DNA from: Camelus ferus
Lineage: Eukaryota
NCBI RefSeq assembly: GCF_009834535.1
Contig: NC_045697.1
Location: 17,176,001 to 17,240,000 of the forward strand
Length of the DNA stretch: 64,000 bases
Direction: 5' to 3'
This document shows positions 37,001 to 49,690 of this stretch, one piece after another (within the stretch, counting starts at the first letter, position 1; every line of letters starts with the position of its first letter). The notes below the pieces were generated by a model that saw only the letters and a list, made by a program, of their open reading frames with translations, had not been told where the DNA came from and did no database searches. Both the position numbers and the translations under genes were made by a program.

Positions 37001-38461
37001 AAAATTAGAAGGAAATATATCCACCAGGAGATGCACAAGAAACAGAAAGGGAACAGTCAGGAGATGGCAATGTTAACTCAGTTTCTTTCAGACTGTTTCA
37101 TTCTTTCCTTTGAAATGAGAAGATTCAAACTCTCTGACAACGGACCAGAGACAAGCCTTTATCCCCGGTCCTCACTCTGCATATCTTCGGTCCCCCACTA
37201 GCACCCCAGCTGGCTCTGACAAGCACCATTTCAGAAGAGGACTGCAGCCAGGGCAAGCTTATTACCTCTTCCCGAGGCCACTGAATTTGAAGATATATAG
37301 TAATTTGATATCAGCATTGATGGAGAAGAAAGTCCGAAAGGGCAAGGTGAAAGCACAGATAATCGTTACTTCCTTCTTTTTGCGTATTTCTGTTCTGTAA
37401 ATGTTTTCACTGGCCATGCACGTCACTTTGACACTCAGACAAAAAGCCATCAAGTTTATTTTTAAAAAACAGAATTGAAATCAAAGAGCTTTCCACCTCC
37501 TGTTCAAACTCTGAGATCAGGGATCCAGGAAACAGTTTCCCTCTAACAGTTCGTTTTCTCTGATGCGGGCAAGTGGTGAGGGGAATTTTCTCAGTGACGT
37601 GAAAGTTACAGAGAAGTTAACCTGAATTAGCACAACACCAGTACCTTACATCATGAACCCACTTTCCAATCCCCATCTCACTGTCAGTATTATCATCCTA
37701 GGAAGGACGTAAGGGAAGTGGTATAATCCCCAAGTCATCTATGAGGAAACTGAAGGTCAGAGAAAACAGCAAAAATTGCTCAGGGTCATACAGAGAAAGA
37801 AATAAAAAACATCCAACTCATTCACTTTTTAAAAACACCATAACTGGTAGCACGCCATGCTTTTTTAACACCCTGCAAAGCTGAAGCTATAAATGCAGCA
37901 AGAAGAATTTTGGCATATTTGCTGTTGCATAATTATTCAAGAAGGCACAAGTGCCCCGTCAACACATTCGATTCAGTCACAATGAAGACAGGCAGCCAAG
38001 AATTTCATCTTTCGTGCCCGCCCACCCACCGAATTATCAGGGGCTTTGCGAGTCAAGACCGGGTCCTGTGGCTCAAGGTACCCACTGTGCGGGGTGGCTC
38101 CGCCAGCAGAAGAAAGCCACTGTACTTAGTAGGGCCGGCGCCACATCAAATAACATGCTAGTTCCCTTTCCATCCCCTTTTCAATCACTGTGATCCCATT
38201 AAAGAGAAAGTCCTGGCCCGGAGATAATAAACCTTTACCACTTCCCTTCGCCCTCCTAGACTTGTTAATACCTCTTTTTAACAAAAGAAAAACTGGTTTC
38301 AGGCTCATAGCCTTCATCAAGTGTCTAGCTAAATATACTAACTTTTTGGTGTTCTTTAACCTTCTATTCATAGCAAGTGATACTGGTTTTCCATTTAAAT
38401 AGTAACATAAAATTTCTTCTCAGAATAAATTTCTGGAGGTGAAAAAACAGTGAGATAAATA

Positions 38462-38557
38462 TATTAGGTTAAACCATGTGAAACCACTGGTCGTATTTTT
38501 TCTTATTAAGATCAGAAATGGTCAAAAATTGGCCTTTTCATATGATTTGGCTTAATG
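38462..38557. mobile_element. Mariner MITE, MADE2-like
   Basis: Imperfect inverted termini tattaggttaaaccatgtgaaa / tttcatatgatttggcttaat, about 95 bp. Confidence 0.7.
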
Positions 38558-38895
38558 GATCCAAGACGGATTGGGTAGTAAATGATAGTGATGGTGTACA
38601 GATATGACAAAGAAATGGATATACTTATAGAGATATGACATATAGAGAGAGACATATTTCGATATGACTCCAAAAATTATAGAAGGCAAATGACTTCAAT
38701 TTGAGAAGCCTTGTTACTAGGATCATCGTAGTATTAGGCTGGAATCTCATTCTTCAATAGCAATACCCTTAGCCTATGATGATGACTCTTGATCCAGTCA
38801 AAGGCCTTCTGGTTTCACTTAGACTGGACCTCTCCGTGGCCCAGGGCCAGCCACAAAGGAGAAGCATGCGGCCCCATTTATTACACAGAGCAGCC

Positions 38896-38955
38896 AGAGC
38901 AGGGATTGAGCCCGGGCTGCTAAGCATGCGCCTTGCCACTGAGCCACACCCTCCC
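38896..38955 (-). mobile_element. Internally deleted tRNA-derived SINE
   Basis: The minus strand reads gggagggtgtggctcagtggcaaggcgcatgcttagca-gcccgggctcaatccctgc. Confidence 0.7.
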
Positions 38956-39149
38956 ACACCCTGGGAGGAGCACGTTTTCATGCACAGCTCAGGCTTGTTC
39001 CGCTCTCTCTGAGGCAGCAGCTACACTAAGGACACAGGCTACAGTCTCCTTCCCAGTCTTTTCTTCACCAACTTTGTGACCTTGGCCATGTCACAGAACC
39101 TGTTGGCTTTGGGTTTACTTAAGTGCCAAGCGAGGGGGTTGGCCTAAAT

Positions 39150-39305
39150 CAGTGGTTCCCAAAGTTGGCTCCAAGTTAGAATCCAATCACCTGAAGAGCT
39201 TTAGAAACCACCCTGGGAAGAGTTTAATGGGTTAGCGTGGCTGGAGATTTGTACCTGTAAAGCTTCCAGGGTGGTTCTAACACGTAGCCAGTTGGAGGAC
39301 TGCTG
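39150..39305 (+). mobile_element. hAT-Charlie MITE, MER5-like
   Basis: cagtggttcccaaagttggc..aatcacctgaagagcttt..ggttctaacacgtagccagttggaggactgctg. Confidence 0.65.
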
Positions 39306-39564
39306 GTGAGGTCATCTCCAAGAGCCTGTCCCAACTCCAACATTCCTGGAGTCTCTGAACCCCACTTAGGGGCTGGGGCCTTTTTGGGTTTCCAGGGGTG
39401 CTACCCAGCCTTTAACTATAAACACTTTTGCCTTTGCTGTAACTGCAGGTCTTAGGTTGATCCAGAGAACTGCCAACACCAAAGAGGTGAAGTTTATTCC
39501 TCCACCAAAGGGGACTTTGTACTTCACTTAAAAAAAAAAAAAAAAAAAAAAAAGGCTTTACAGC

Positions 39565-39735
39565 TCTGCAGACCCAATTCTGAATCCTAGCATAGTGGCT
39601 TTGAGCGAGCTTCTCAATCTCATGAAGCCTCAGCTTCCTCACCTCCAAAACGGGGGTTGTAATACCTCTTTCCTGGACCATTGTGAGTGTATATAAAGTA
39701 CACAGGATGTAAACTCTGAATAAGAGTCAGTTACC
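39565..39735 (+). mobile_element. MIR fragment
   Basis: ttctgaatcctagc..gcctcagcttcctcacctccaaaacggggg..taatacct. Confidence 0.7.
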
Positions 39736-40543
39736 CCTCTTTCCTGCCATTTGGAGGTGACAGGGGGGTCTGTGTTCACAGAGGAAAGTGCTGGATGATG
39801 GCCAGTCTGAATTTCCAGAACCCCAAGAGCAGTCTTTGGCTGAGCAGATCAACACCAGCCAGAGAGACACTTAGAGCTTCAAAGCCCTGCCTCCCACCAT
39901 GAGCAGCAGCCTCCTCCCTCCTATCAGCTGCAGAGAAGCAGAAACACAATCCGGCCCTATACCCTGGAAGGGAGAAGCTACAAGTGTGATCTAACAGAAC
40001 TGCAGGCCACAAGATAAGTAGGCCAGTCCTGGACTCCTGCAGCCAAAAGCACAGGAAGAGAGAGGCTAACGGTCAAAGGAATGTAATGAGGAAACAGTGG
40101 AGTCTAGTGATGCTGGGGCAAAGAGACGTCCGCAACAGATGGAAGAGGGAAAAGATGAGAAAATTAAAAGAGATTTGCCTTTGCCCTTTCCCAGCGTTGG
40201 GAGGGCCAGGGAATCCATTTCCCAGACCACTGAGAATGCAGGAAGGGAAATGTTCAGCACTGCTGTAAGTAAGATTGCTGTGAAAAATTAGCTCTACCCT
40301 CCCGTGCGTACACTGGCAGAGGAAAAAGACTGGGAGGAAATGTCCTAACATATTAACAGAGTTTTTCTCTAAGTAGTGAAATTGTTGGTCATTTCTAATC
40401 TCTTCGATACACATGTCTGCAGATTGCAAATCTGTAATGAATAGGAATGTCTATTATTTTCAGGGAAACAAAAGGAAGGAGTAAACAAAGCATGTCATAC
40501 AAGTTTATGATGAGAGAAGAGGGACCAGAAGTAAAGGGGTTGT

Positions 40544-40621
40544 GGGTGAGGTAGAGCTTACTTGTACAACATGTGCTTTGCATGCATGAGGGTCCTAGGT
40601 TCAATCCCCAGTACCTCCATT
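40544..40621 (+). mobile_element. tRNA-derived SINE (vic-1-like) head
   Basis: gcatgcatgagggtcctaggttcaatccccagtacctccatt. Confidence 0.85.
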
Positions 40622-40734
40622 GAGAGAGAGAGAGAGAAAGAGAGAAAGAGAGAAAGGAAGGAAGGAAGGAAGGAAGGAAGGAAGGAAGGAAGGAAGGAAG
40701 GAAGGAAGGAAGGGAGAAGGAAAGAAAGAAAGGA

Positions 40735-40814
<80 letters not shown>

Positions 40815-40867
40815 AGAAAGAAAGAAAGAAAGAAAGAGGAAGAGAAAGAAAGAAAGAAAAAGAAAGG
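40622..40867. repeat. Compound (GA)n/(GGAA)n/(GAAA)n polypurine microsatellite
   Basis: 246 nt of uninterrupted purines on the + strand. Confidence 0.98.
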
Positions 40868-41674
40868 CAGGCAGGCATGTGGTGGGCGTAGGTGAGGACA
40901 CAAGATTAAAATATCAAAAAAGAGATCTGTGTTTTTAAGAAGAGAACAAATGAAAATGGGGAGGGTTAACCATATGACTCTATTTTCTAGGAGACTGGGG
41001 TCAGAATTTGCCACTGTAAATAGCAAATAAGGCTGCAGTCCATATTTTAACCTTTTTTGCTTGCAGTGTTGACACTGGCTTTTCCAGTGTTTTGGAACCT
41101 GGGAATTGCGGTGTGATAGCAAACACAAATAAATCACTGAGGAATGTTGATGCAGATGCACCAGCAACAGAATCTAGGTTGAGCACAGGCCTAGAGAAAC
41201 CAAAACAAAACCAAGGATGTGCTTGTATTTTGTAAAACATCACTTGTCAGTATCTTTACAATCTAAAAATACATGCCACCTCATAGAGGATGTCATGGAT
41301 TTTGAAGAGGTGATCCCAGATGTCAGAGTTACAATTTTCCTACAATGTTCAAAATGCTTCCTGTGGCAAAACTATGACAGTTAACACCCAGGAAAGGACA
41401 GGCTTTCCATGTGGGAAAGCCTCCACTTTCACTAAGCCAAGGTCAGTATTTCTCTTCTTCTATCTGCCTCTATCTCCAGCCTGCTGGCATAGACCCACTT
41501 GGAGAACATGAAAGAACCATCCCACTCTGTCACTTTATCCTTAGAGGTCTTCCCATGGGGCCTGGCTACCAGAAGTCAAGAGGAAATCTTGTGTCTATCA
41601 TCAACCCTGTCTGGTTAGGGAATGTGGAACTTTTAGAGAAAACCGCTAAATATCCACCATTAAAACTCCCTGTG

Positions 41675-43966
41675 ATATGCAAATCCATCAATATGATACA
41701 CCACATCAACAGAAGAAAAAACAAAAGCCACATGATTGTCTCAATAGATACAGAAAAAGCATTTGATAAAATTCAACATTCATTCATGATAAAAAACTTT
41801 TACCAAAGTGGGCATAGAGGGAACATATCTTGAAATAATCAAAGCCATTTATGACAAACCCACAGCCAACATAACACTCAGTGGTGAAGAGCTGAAAGGC
41901 TCCCGCTAAAATCTGGATTAAGACAAGGACGCCCACTCTCACCACTTCTATTCAACATAGTACTGGACGTCCTAGCCACAGCAATCAGACAAGAAAAAGA
42001 AATTAAATGTATCCAAATTGGAAGGGAAGATGTAAAATTGTAACTATATGCAGAAACAATCCCTTTTAAAATCACATCCCCACCCCCCAAAAAAATCTTA
42101 GGAATAAACCTGATCAAGGAAGTGAAAGACCTATATGCTGAGAGCTACAAAATATTGATAAAAGAAACTGAGGATGATTTAAAGAAATGGAAAGATATCC
42201 CATGCTATTGAATTGGAAAAATTGATGTTAAAATGGCTGTATTACCCAAAGCAATCTACAGATTTAATGTGATCTCTTTCAAATTACACATGACAGTTTT
42301 TACAAAATTAGAATAAATAATCCTAAACTTTATATAGAATCACAAAAGACCCTGAATTTCCAAAGCAATACTGAGGAAAAAGAACAAAGCTGGAGGCATA
42401 AAGCTCCTAGACTTCAGACAATACTACAGAGGTACAGTAATCAAAACAGCATAGTACTGACACACAAAAGAGACATATGGATCAATGGAACAGAATAGAG
42501 AATCCAAAATAAACCCACACACCTATGGTCAATTAATCTTTGACAAAGGAGGCAAGAATATACAATGGAGAAAAGACAGTCTCTTTGGCAAGTGGTGTTG
42601 GGAAAGCTGGACAGCCACATGTAAATCAATGAAGCCAGAACACTCTCACACCATACACAAAAATTAACTCAAAATGGCTTAAAGACTTAAATATAAGACA
42701 TGACACCATATATCTTCTAGAAGAAAACATAGGCAAACATTCTCTGACATAAATCATAGCAATGTTTCCCTAGGTCAGTCTTCAAAACCAATAGAAATAA
42801 AAGCAAAAATAAACAAATGAGACCTTATCAAACACAAGCTTTTGCACAGCAAAGGAAACCATAAACAAAACAAAAAGACAACCTGTGGGACTGGGAGAAA
42901 ATATCTGCAAATGATGCAACTGACAAGGACTTAATTTCCAAAATATACAAATAGCTTATACAACCCAGTAACACCAAAAAAACAAACAACCTAATCCAAA
43001 AATGGGCAGAAGACCTAAATAGACATTTGTCCAGAGAAGGCCTACAAATGGTCCATAGGCATACGAAAAGATGCTTAACTCTGTTGATCATTAGAGAAAT
43101 GCAAATCAAAACTACAATGAGGTATCACCTCATACCAGTCAGAATGGCCATCATTCAAAAGTCCACAAACAATAAATGCTGGAGAGGGTGCGAAGAGCAA
43201 GGGAACCCTCCTACACTGTTGGTGGGAATGTAAATTGGTGCAGCCGTTATGGAAAACAGTACAGAGTTTCCTCAAAAAACTAAAAATAGACTGACCATAT
43301 GATCCAGCTATCCCACTCTCGGGCATTTATGTGGAGAAAACTCTAATTTAAAAAGGTGCATCCACCCCAATGTTCATAACAGCATTACTTACAACAGTCA
43401 AGACATGGAAACAACCTAAATGCCCATCAACAGATGAATGGATAAAGAGGATGTGATATACATGTAAATAACATATATATTATATATGTACATAATATAT
43501 ACATTACATAGCCATATAAAAGAATAAAATAAATGCCAAATGCCAAATAATGCCATTTGCAGCAACATGGATGGACCTAGAGATTATCATACTAAGTGAA
43601 GCAAGACAAAGACAAATATTATATGATACCACTTATATGTGGAATCTAAAAAAATGATACAAATGAACTTACTTACAAAACAGAAACAGAGTTACAGACA
43701 TAAAAAAACAAACTTACGGTTACCAAAGTGGGGAGGGGAGGGAAGGATAAATTAGGAGTTTGGGATTAGCAGATACAAACTACTATATAAAAAACAGATA
43801 AACAACAAGGTCCTTCTTAACAGCATAGGGGACTATATTCAATATCTTATAATAACCTATAATGAAAAAGAATATGAAAAAGAATTGATATATAAAACTG
43901 AATCACTTTGCTATATACCAGAAACTAATACAACATTGTAAATAAACTGTACTTCAATTTAAAAAA
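41675..43966 (+). mobile_element. 5'-truncated L1: ORF2 RT/C-terminal pseudogene plus 3' UTR
   Basis: [67 protein letters not shown] and [20 protein letters not shown] are L1 ORF2p motifs. There are many stops and frameshifts. Confidence 0.97.
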
Positions 43967-43972
43967 CCTTGT

Positions 43973-44095
43973 GAATATAGCCAATATTTTACAGTAACTA
44001 TAAATTGAGTATAACCTTTAAAATTTGTGAATCACTGTGTTATATATCTATAATTTATATAATATTGTACAGTAACTATAATTCAATAAAAAATT
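43973..44095 (+). mobile_element. Second L1 extreme 3' end (different subfamily)
   Basis: gaatatagccaatatttt..taacctttaaaatttgtgaatcact..caataaaaaa is similar to 27829-27947. Confidence 0.8.
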
Positions 44096-44691
44096 TGAGT
44101 TTAGATCTCATGTTAATTATTCTTAATATGAATAAATTCTAGCAATAAAATAAAATTTTAAAATATTTATACCATTTTCATATTAACAGTATTATAAGTA
44201 ATTTGCTTACTACAGAAAACTAAAAAGAAAATAAAAATCATTGATAATCCCCTCCTGCCAAAAAAAAAAACTCCTTGTGGATTTTCCCCTCCCAAGACAC
44301 TTTTAATCTAGTCTCAAATGTTAGGTTTCAAAGAAAACAGTATCTTTAAAATAGAAAATCAAGTTGGGGGAGGTTAAGGTTAGGATTAAGGCTTCGTGAA
44401 ATTCAGACTCTATACATTTCTATTAAATGGTACATCAACTCATGTACAAAACTGTACTGAAATCTGCTCCAAATGCCATTTGTCAAGTCCTACCTGCCAC
44501 CACTTGGGTTCAAGATGACAGACTGAGTTATAAATCCAGTGCTAGATGGGACTTACACTGAGCAGTATACCAACTTTTATGAAAATCAGTCAGCTCTCTT
44601 AAGAGCTGAACACAGGACAGACCAAAACGACAGTTAAAAGGGAAAACGTCACGTCAACTAGTTGAAGCAGAACTTGTACTTGGCCATCTGT

Positions 44692-45110
44692 ATATCCATC
44701 TGTTCAGCAAATAGAACACCTACTTTATGTCAGGTACTTCAGGGAAAGCCAGGGTTATGCAGATCACAAGGCAAAGGCTGCCCTTGTAGGGCTTACATTA
44801 TGGTGGGGAGGTGAGAGAATGATTAAATTAATCATTTAAAACTGAGATTAGAGCCATTGTGGAACTAAAAAGGGAGCTGTGATAGAGAAAAATAAAGAAA
44901 GTGTACTTTGGACAGGATTGCAAGAAGCTTCCTCCAAAGGGGCGCACTTAGGTTGAGATGGAAAGATGGGATGGAGGCAGCCATATGAAGGGCCCAGGAA
45001 GAGTGCTCCATGCAAAAGGAAGAGCAAACCCCAAAGCCCTAAGTGGGAACTTTCATGGTTGTGGACAGAGTGAGGACGCGGGGGTCAGGAAGAGAGGCAG
45101 AGCAGGTCCA
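44692..45110 (-). mobile_element. L2 3' region
   Basis: atccatctgttcagcaaatagaacacctactttatgtcagg..ctgcccttgtagggcttacatt..caaagccctaagtggga. Confidence 0.75.
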
Positions 45111-47984
45111 ACATGACTTGCAATGCCAAATGGTTACTGGTGATATTAAGAGTAACTCTGTCAGAATCATTTGTGTGGATTATGCAAAATGGGAGACATT
45201 ACACCCAGAAGAAAACTACACATTGTACCTTTCTTCTCTTTGAGGGTTTTCCATTCACACGTGACATAATACCCAGCAGCTCATACATTTCATTTTCTTT
45301 TGGAAAATTATCACTATGGAATAGTATCATCAGCCTCACTAAGGAGCTTTTAAGTGTGATACAGAGTTCTTTAACGCATTTAGCACATAAGCATATAAAC
45401 TTGCCACCACAGACAGTGGAGGGGCCCTCCATCAAATCAGTTAACTCCCAAAACAGTCAGACATTAACTGCATATCTTACAGAGCAAATGGCATTGGGCA
45501 CTTCAACACTGTGGAGGTGAAGAGGAGGCACTGCAGAATCCATCGCATCTCAGTGAAAGATTGTCACTTTCGGGATGTACCCAGTCTGCTCTGATAGAGG
45601 ATAGAGGTCAGTCCCCAGAGACAAAAGGAGGTGCCCGATTACACAGAGCATCCTTCCACTTCCCAATCACCAGAAAAGCTGTAAGTTTTGTGAAATTCCA
45701 ACCTAACAGTTCTCTTGATTGCTTTTAAGCCATTTGGAAAATAAAATGGATTGCAAGAGAGTTTTCCTAACTAGCTCAGTGATCTTTCCTTGTCATGTCA
45801 GGATGAAAGAATTCACCATTTGACTAAAGGTCAATGTTCTAGAAATATTTATGGGCGACTAAAAGGGGAAGACTATTAGGGAAGTACTTATTCATTACCT
45901 TCACTATTGCACGGTTAGCTGTATGAGGTACCAGACCACCTATGCCACTTCCTTACCCACCTTTCCATGTTCACCAACCCATCTGTGATGTTTCTAGGTG
46001 GGGGCATTCCTCTTATAATGAATTTAAGGATACCCCTTTCAAAGAAATGACTTAATGTTGGTTACATTTTAAATTGTGCATGATTTTAGTTCTCACTGAG
46101 CAACGTTTGATGGATAAGTCTTAAAAAAATGGTCAAATGGCCTAACCTTTTAGCAATAAAATTGTGAGCAATAAAAATGCTGGAGGGCACCCGTTACTGA
46201 ACTGTCATAGGTTGGAGAATTATTAGTCCCCATAATTCTGTACTGCAAAACCAAATTTGTAGATTTTTTTTCAAGTGGAAAAAAATTCAGGAAATTAAAT
46301 GGAAAGACCTGTAGTAATGAAATATTAAATGCAATTTCAAATGCACAAAAAGGTCAGAAGCCAAAAAAAAAAAAGAAAAGATTTCTGGAACAACATTAAT
46401 TTTCTCATACTTCATGTATGCCTGGGCTTAAATACTCCTAGAAACCAGCCAGACCCAGACTGGGGTAAGGGTGGATGCGGGGGAAAGGGAGGAAGAAAGG
46501 GCCTGGAATAGGAAGAAGTTAAAACTAAGAATAAAACCAAAAAAAAGTTCTTTAAGACAGAAAACACTTCATTTGTTTTCACTTTCCGAAGCTGAAGTCA
46601 TATTGTATCAATGTACATCAACACCAGCAGAAAGGCACAAAAGCTCAGTTACTGGACTTCAACCATGACACGCCATTGGACCCCAAATTCAGTCTGACTC
46701 TTGGTTCCTTGCATGGTTACAGCTCTGGGCGCCTGTTCTTAACTTCACCACGATTGTATTGCAATTCTGGCCAAAAAAAACACGTCTCCTAGGAGGGCAT
46801 GGTGGGCATTTGGAATCAGCCACCTGAGATGTGTCTGTGTGAAGAATGCCACTGTCATTAGAAGCAATCACTGAAAATACATAGCATTCGTTTCAGGACC
46901 AGCAGTAATAATTCATTTTAGTAATATGTAGTTCAAAGGGGTGGGGGAGATCCAGAGAAAGTTTAAAGGCAATATTTTAAAATAAAACTCATTGTGCGAA
47001 TAAAAGGGTCAAATGTTAACATCAGGACACCATTAGTTTAGACACGACACATTGTTCATGCAGAATATTGTTTCAAGATACACTCGGGGAAAGTCCTTAT
47101 TTTAATACCTGGCTAACTCCCCAGGCATATTACTCACACAGTCTGCATGCTCCTTCTTTAAATATGCTACAGAAATTGGATGATCTGTAATTTTCAACTG
47201 CTGCAACTTTAAAACCTAAACAACACGTGATGAAATCTATTTCTCTAGTATAACCCATCTGTGAGGTTGCAATGTTGGGTGGCAGAAAAAAAAGATTTAT
47301 ATTTACGGCCAATTTTTATTTATCTTCACCTATTTACAAATTGGGCTACAACTTCAAAAGCCATGGTTAAAAAGAATAATGTCATTCCTAACCACAGCCT
47401 TTGACTATAAAAACAATTTCACCGTAATGGATACCACTAAAATACTCCAAGAATAATCTATAAATGAATCCTGGATTACTAGTCTAAAGATGGTGGTTAT
47501 AAATGATTACATGAAAGAGTTGATGTTACTTTGAAAATCTTAAAGTCTGTCTATGGATTTTCGTATTTTATATGTAACATTTTTATGAAGTGATTTTGCC
47601 CTTACGTAATAGCTTTCATCTTCAAAGCACTTCACAAATATGAACTAGTTACATAAAAAGCTATATTACTGCAAAATCAGAAAATGGAAAAGCTGAGGTT
47701 TTTCTAGTAAGAGTCCATCTTACACATTCTATATGTGTAATACACAACAAAGGTAATGTTTTTAAAGCACGTTTAATTATAAATCCTGTTGACAAAACCA
47801 CCTAGAGGGTTAACAGAACTTTTACTATACCAAGCAGTTGTTACTATTCATGAACTCTCCCTTTTACTGAATTTGTAAAATTTGAGGAAATTAGACTTGT
47901 ATTATGGTAGGTCTTCTTTGTCCCTTCCTTCTAGTTCATGAAATTTGTTAAATATCAGGAAAAGGTGATGTTCAACAAAGCTGT

Positions 47985-48545
47985 ATCACAATAAAACTGA
48001 AAAAAAATTAAACGCACATCATGGAGAATGGTTAAACACATTATGGTATGTTTATATGATATAATATAGTGAAATACAACACAGCCATTAAAAATATGTC
48101 TTGGAGAATATTTAAATACGTAAGGAAATTTGCACATGACATTAGGTTTTTTAAAAGGTCACAAGATGATCTATATCCTATCATGGCTATTTTTTTATTT
48201 TATTTATTTTATTTTATTTTATTTTATTTATTTTATTTTATTTGGGGGAGGGTAATTAGGTCTAGTTATTTATTTATTTTTTGAGGAAATACTGGGGATT
48301 GAATCCAGGACCTTGTCTATGCTAAGCATGTGCTCTACCACTTGAGCTATACCTTCCCCCATCACAGCAATTTTACAAAAGAAATAATATATATAGACAC
48401 ACAAGAAAATTGGATGAAATAAATATGAGTGATGGGGCATTGTGATTTTATTTCCTTCCTTGGATGTTATTACTTGAATTTTTGAGAATGAAATCTATTC
48501 TTTATTCTATCCTTATTCTAAATAGTACATAAACGTTATTTAAAG
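47985..48545 (+). mobile_element. Old L1 (L1ME-like) 3' fragment, split by a SINE
   Basis: ggagaatggttaaacacattatggta..gaaatacaacacagccattaaaaat. Confidence 0.6.
48194..48360 (-). mobile_element. tRNA-derived SINE (vic-1-like), long-tail form
   Basis: Antisense head atactggggattgaatccagg..gctataccttccccc with a (TTTTA)n tail. Degenerate TSD atcatggctatttt / atcacagcaatttt. Confidence 0.9.
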
Positions 48546-48554
48546 GAAAACAAG

Positions 48555-49690
48555 ACCACCACCCTTGCCTTCAAGAACTCACACTCTACTGGAGAGATAG
48601 GAAACATTAGTGAGTGCGATGATCTCTCTGAGAGCAGAGAGCTCAGAGTACCATGGGAGTAACCCAAAGTAGAAGTTCAGAATAGAAGGAGAAGAACCTT
48701 GAACTGGGTCTTGCAAGGTAAGCAGGTATTCAATAGTAATGAAGAAAGCATTCTAGACAGAGTATATGCAAAGGCAGAGAAGCATGAGACACATGGAAGC
48801 AAGAGGAAAAATGAAGAGCTTCACTGGGGCAAAGAACGTGGCCAGAAATCAGAGAAGATGCTGCTGGAGATGGCACATGCTGGATGACAGAAGACCTTGA
48901 GTACTATGGAAAAGGATCCAACCTTTACCCACGATGGGTAGAGCCTGCTGGAGAAGGGGACAAGGAGTGGGATTACATCAAGAAAGCAATAAGAATAGAG
49001 GAGCTATTTAGATCACTGACTGGAGGTAGGCAATACTAGAGACAGGGGTATCCAGTAGGAGACTCCAACAGGCTTTTCCCTCAAAGAACAGTGGAGAAAG
49101 AAAGGAGAGAAGGAATTCCAGAGATACTTAAATAGAATCGATATAACTTAGCAGCCAGACAGATATGAGTGAAAGAAAAAAGTGTCCAAGGTGATTCCCA
49201 AGATTCTAGATGGAATAACTGGGTGGTACCATTATCTAAATGGATCTCGGCAAAAAGCCAGTGAACTTGACTTTGGACATGCAGAATTAAAGGTGACTCT
49301 GGGTACTCAGATAGGAATAAACAGTAAGCTCCATGGATTAGTGCCCAAGTCATAGGTGCAGGATAGAGGAACAGACTTGAGAACTCGTAGCACACAGCTC
49401 CATGCTTAAAAAACTAGAGATGGATGGAATCACCGAAGAACAATGGGCAAAGTGAGGAGCCTGGAAATCGGGGAAACATTAACATTTGGGGACAGGCACG
49501 CAGAGCCAGCAAAAATAACCAAGATGGAATGGTCATGGGAGCTGAGGAGGAGAGATTTTTCAAGAGGGAGTGAAAGGCTGCGGAGGTCAAATAGGAAAAG
49601 GCCAAAATGCATCATTTAATTTTAATGAAAAGAATCCTCATTTGGCCACTGCTGCAGCAGTTTCAGTGGGTGGTCCGGACAGAAGCTTAG
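48555..49690 (-). mobile_element. L2 fragment (about 1.1 kb)
   Basis: ccttgccttcaagaactcacactctactggagagatag..gtgtccaaggtgattcccaagattct..gcagtttcagtgg. Confidence 0.7.

Noticed and set aside
37266..37395. Possible minus-strand exon ending at GAG|GTAAT
   Set aside because: The acceptor lacks a pyrimidine tract and the single open frame is not recognisable.
40395..41167. Long ORFs of 91-188 aa rich in FLS or RKE
   Set aside because: Artefacts of the purine microsatellite.
44371..44391. Second telomere-like run (ggttaaggttaggattaagg)
   Set aside because: Too short and degenerate, with no perfect TTAGGG.
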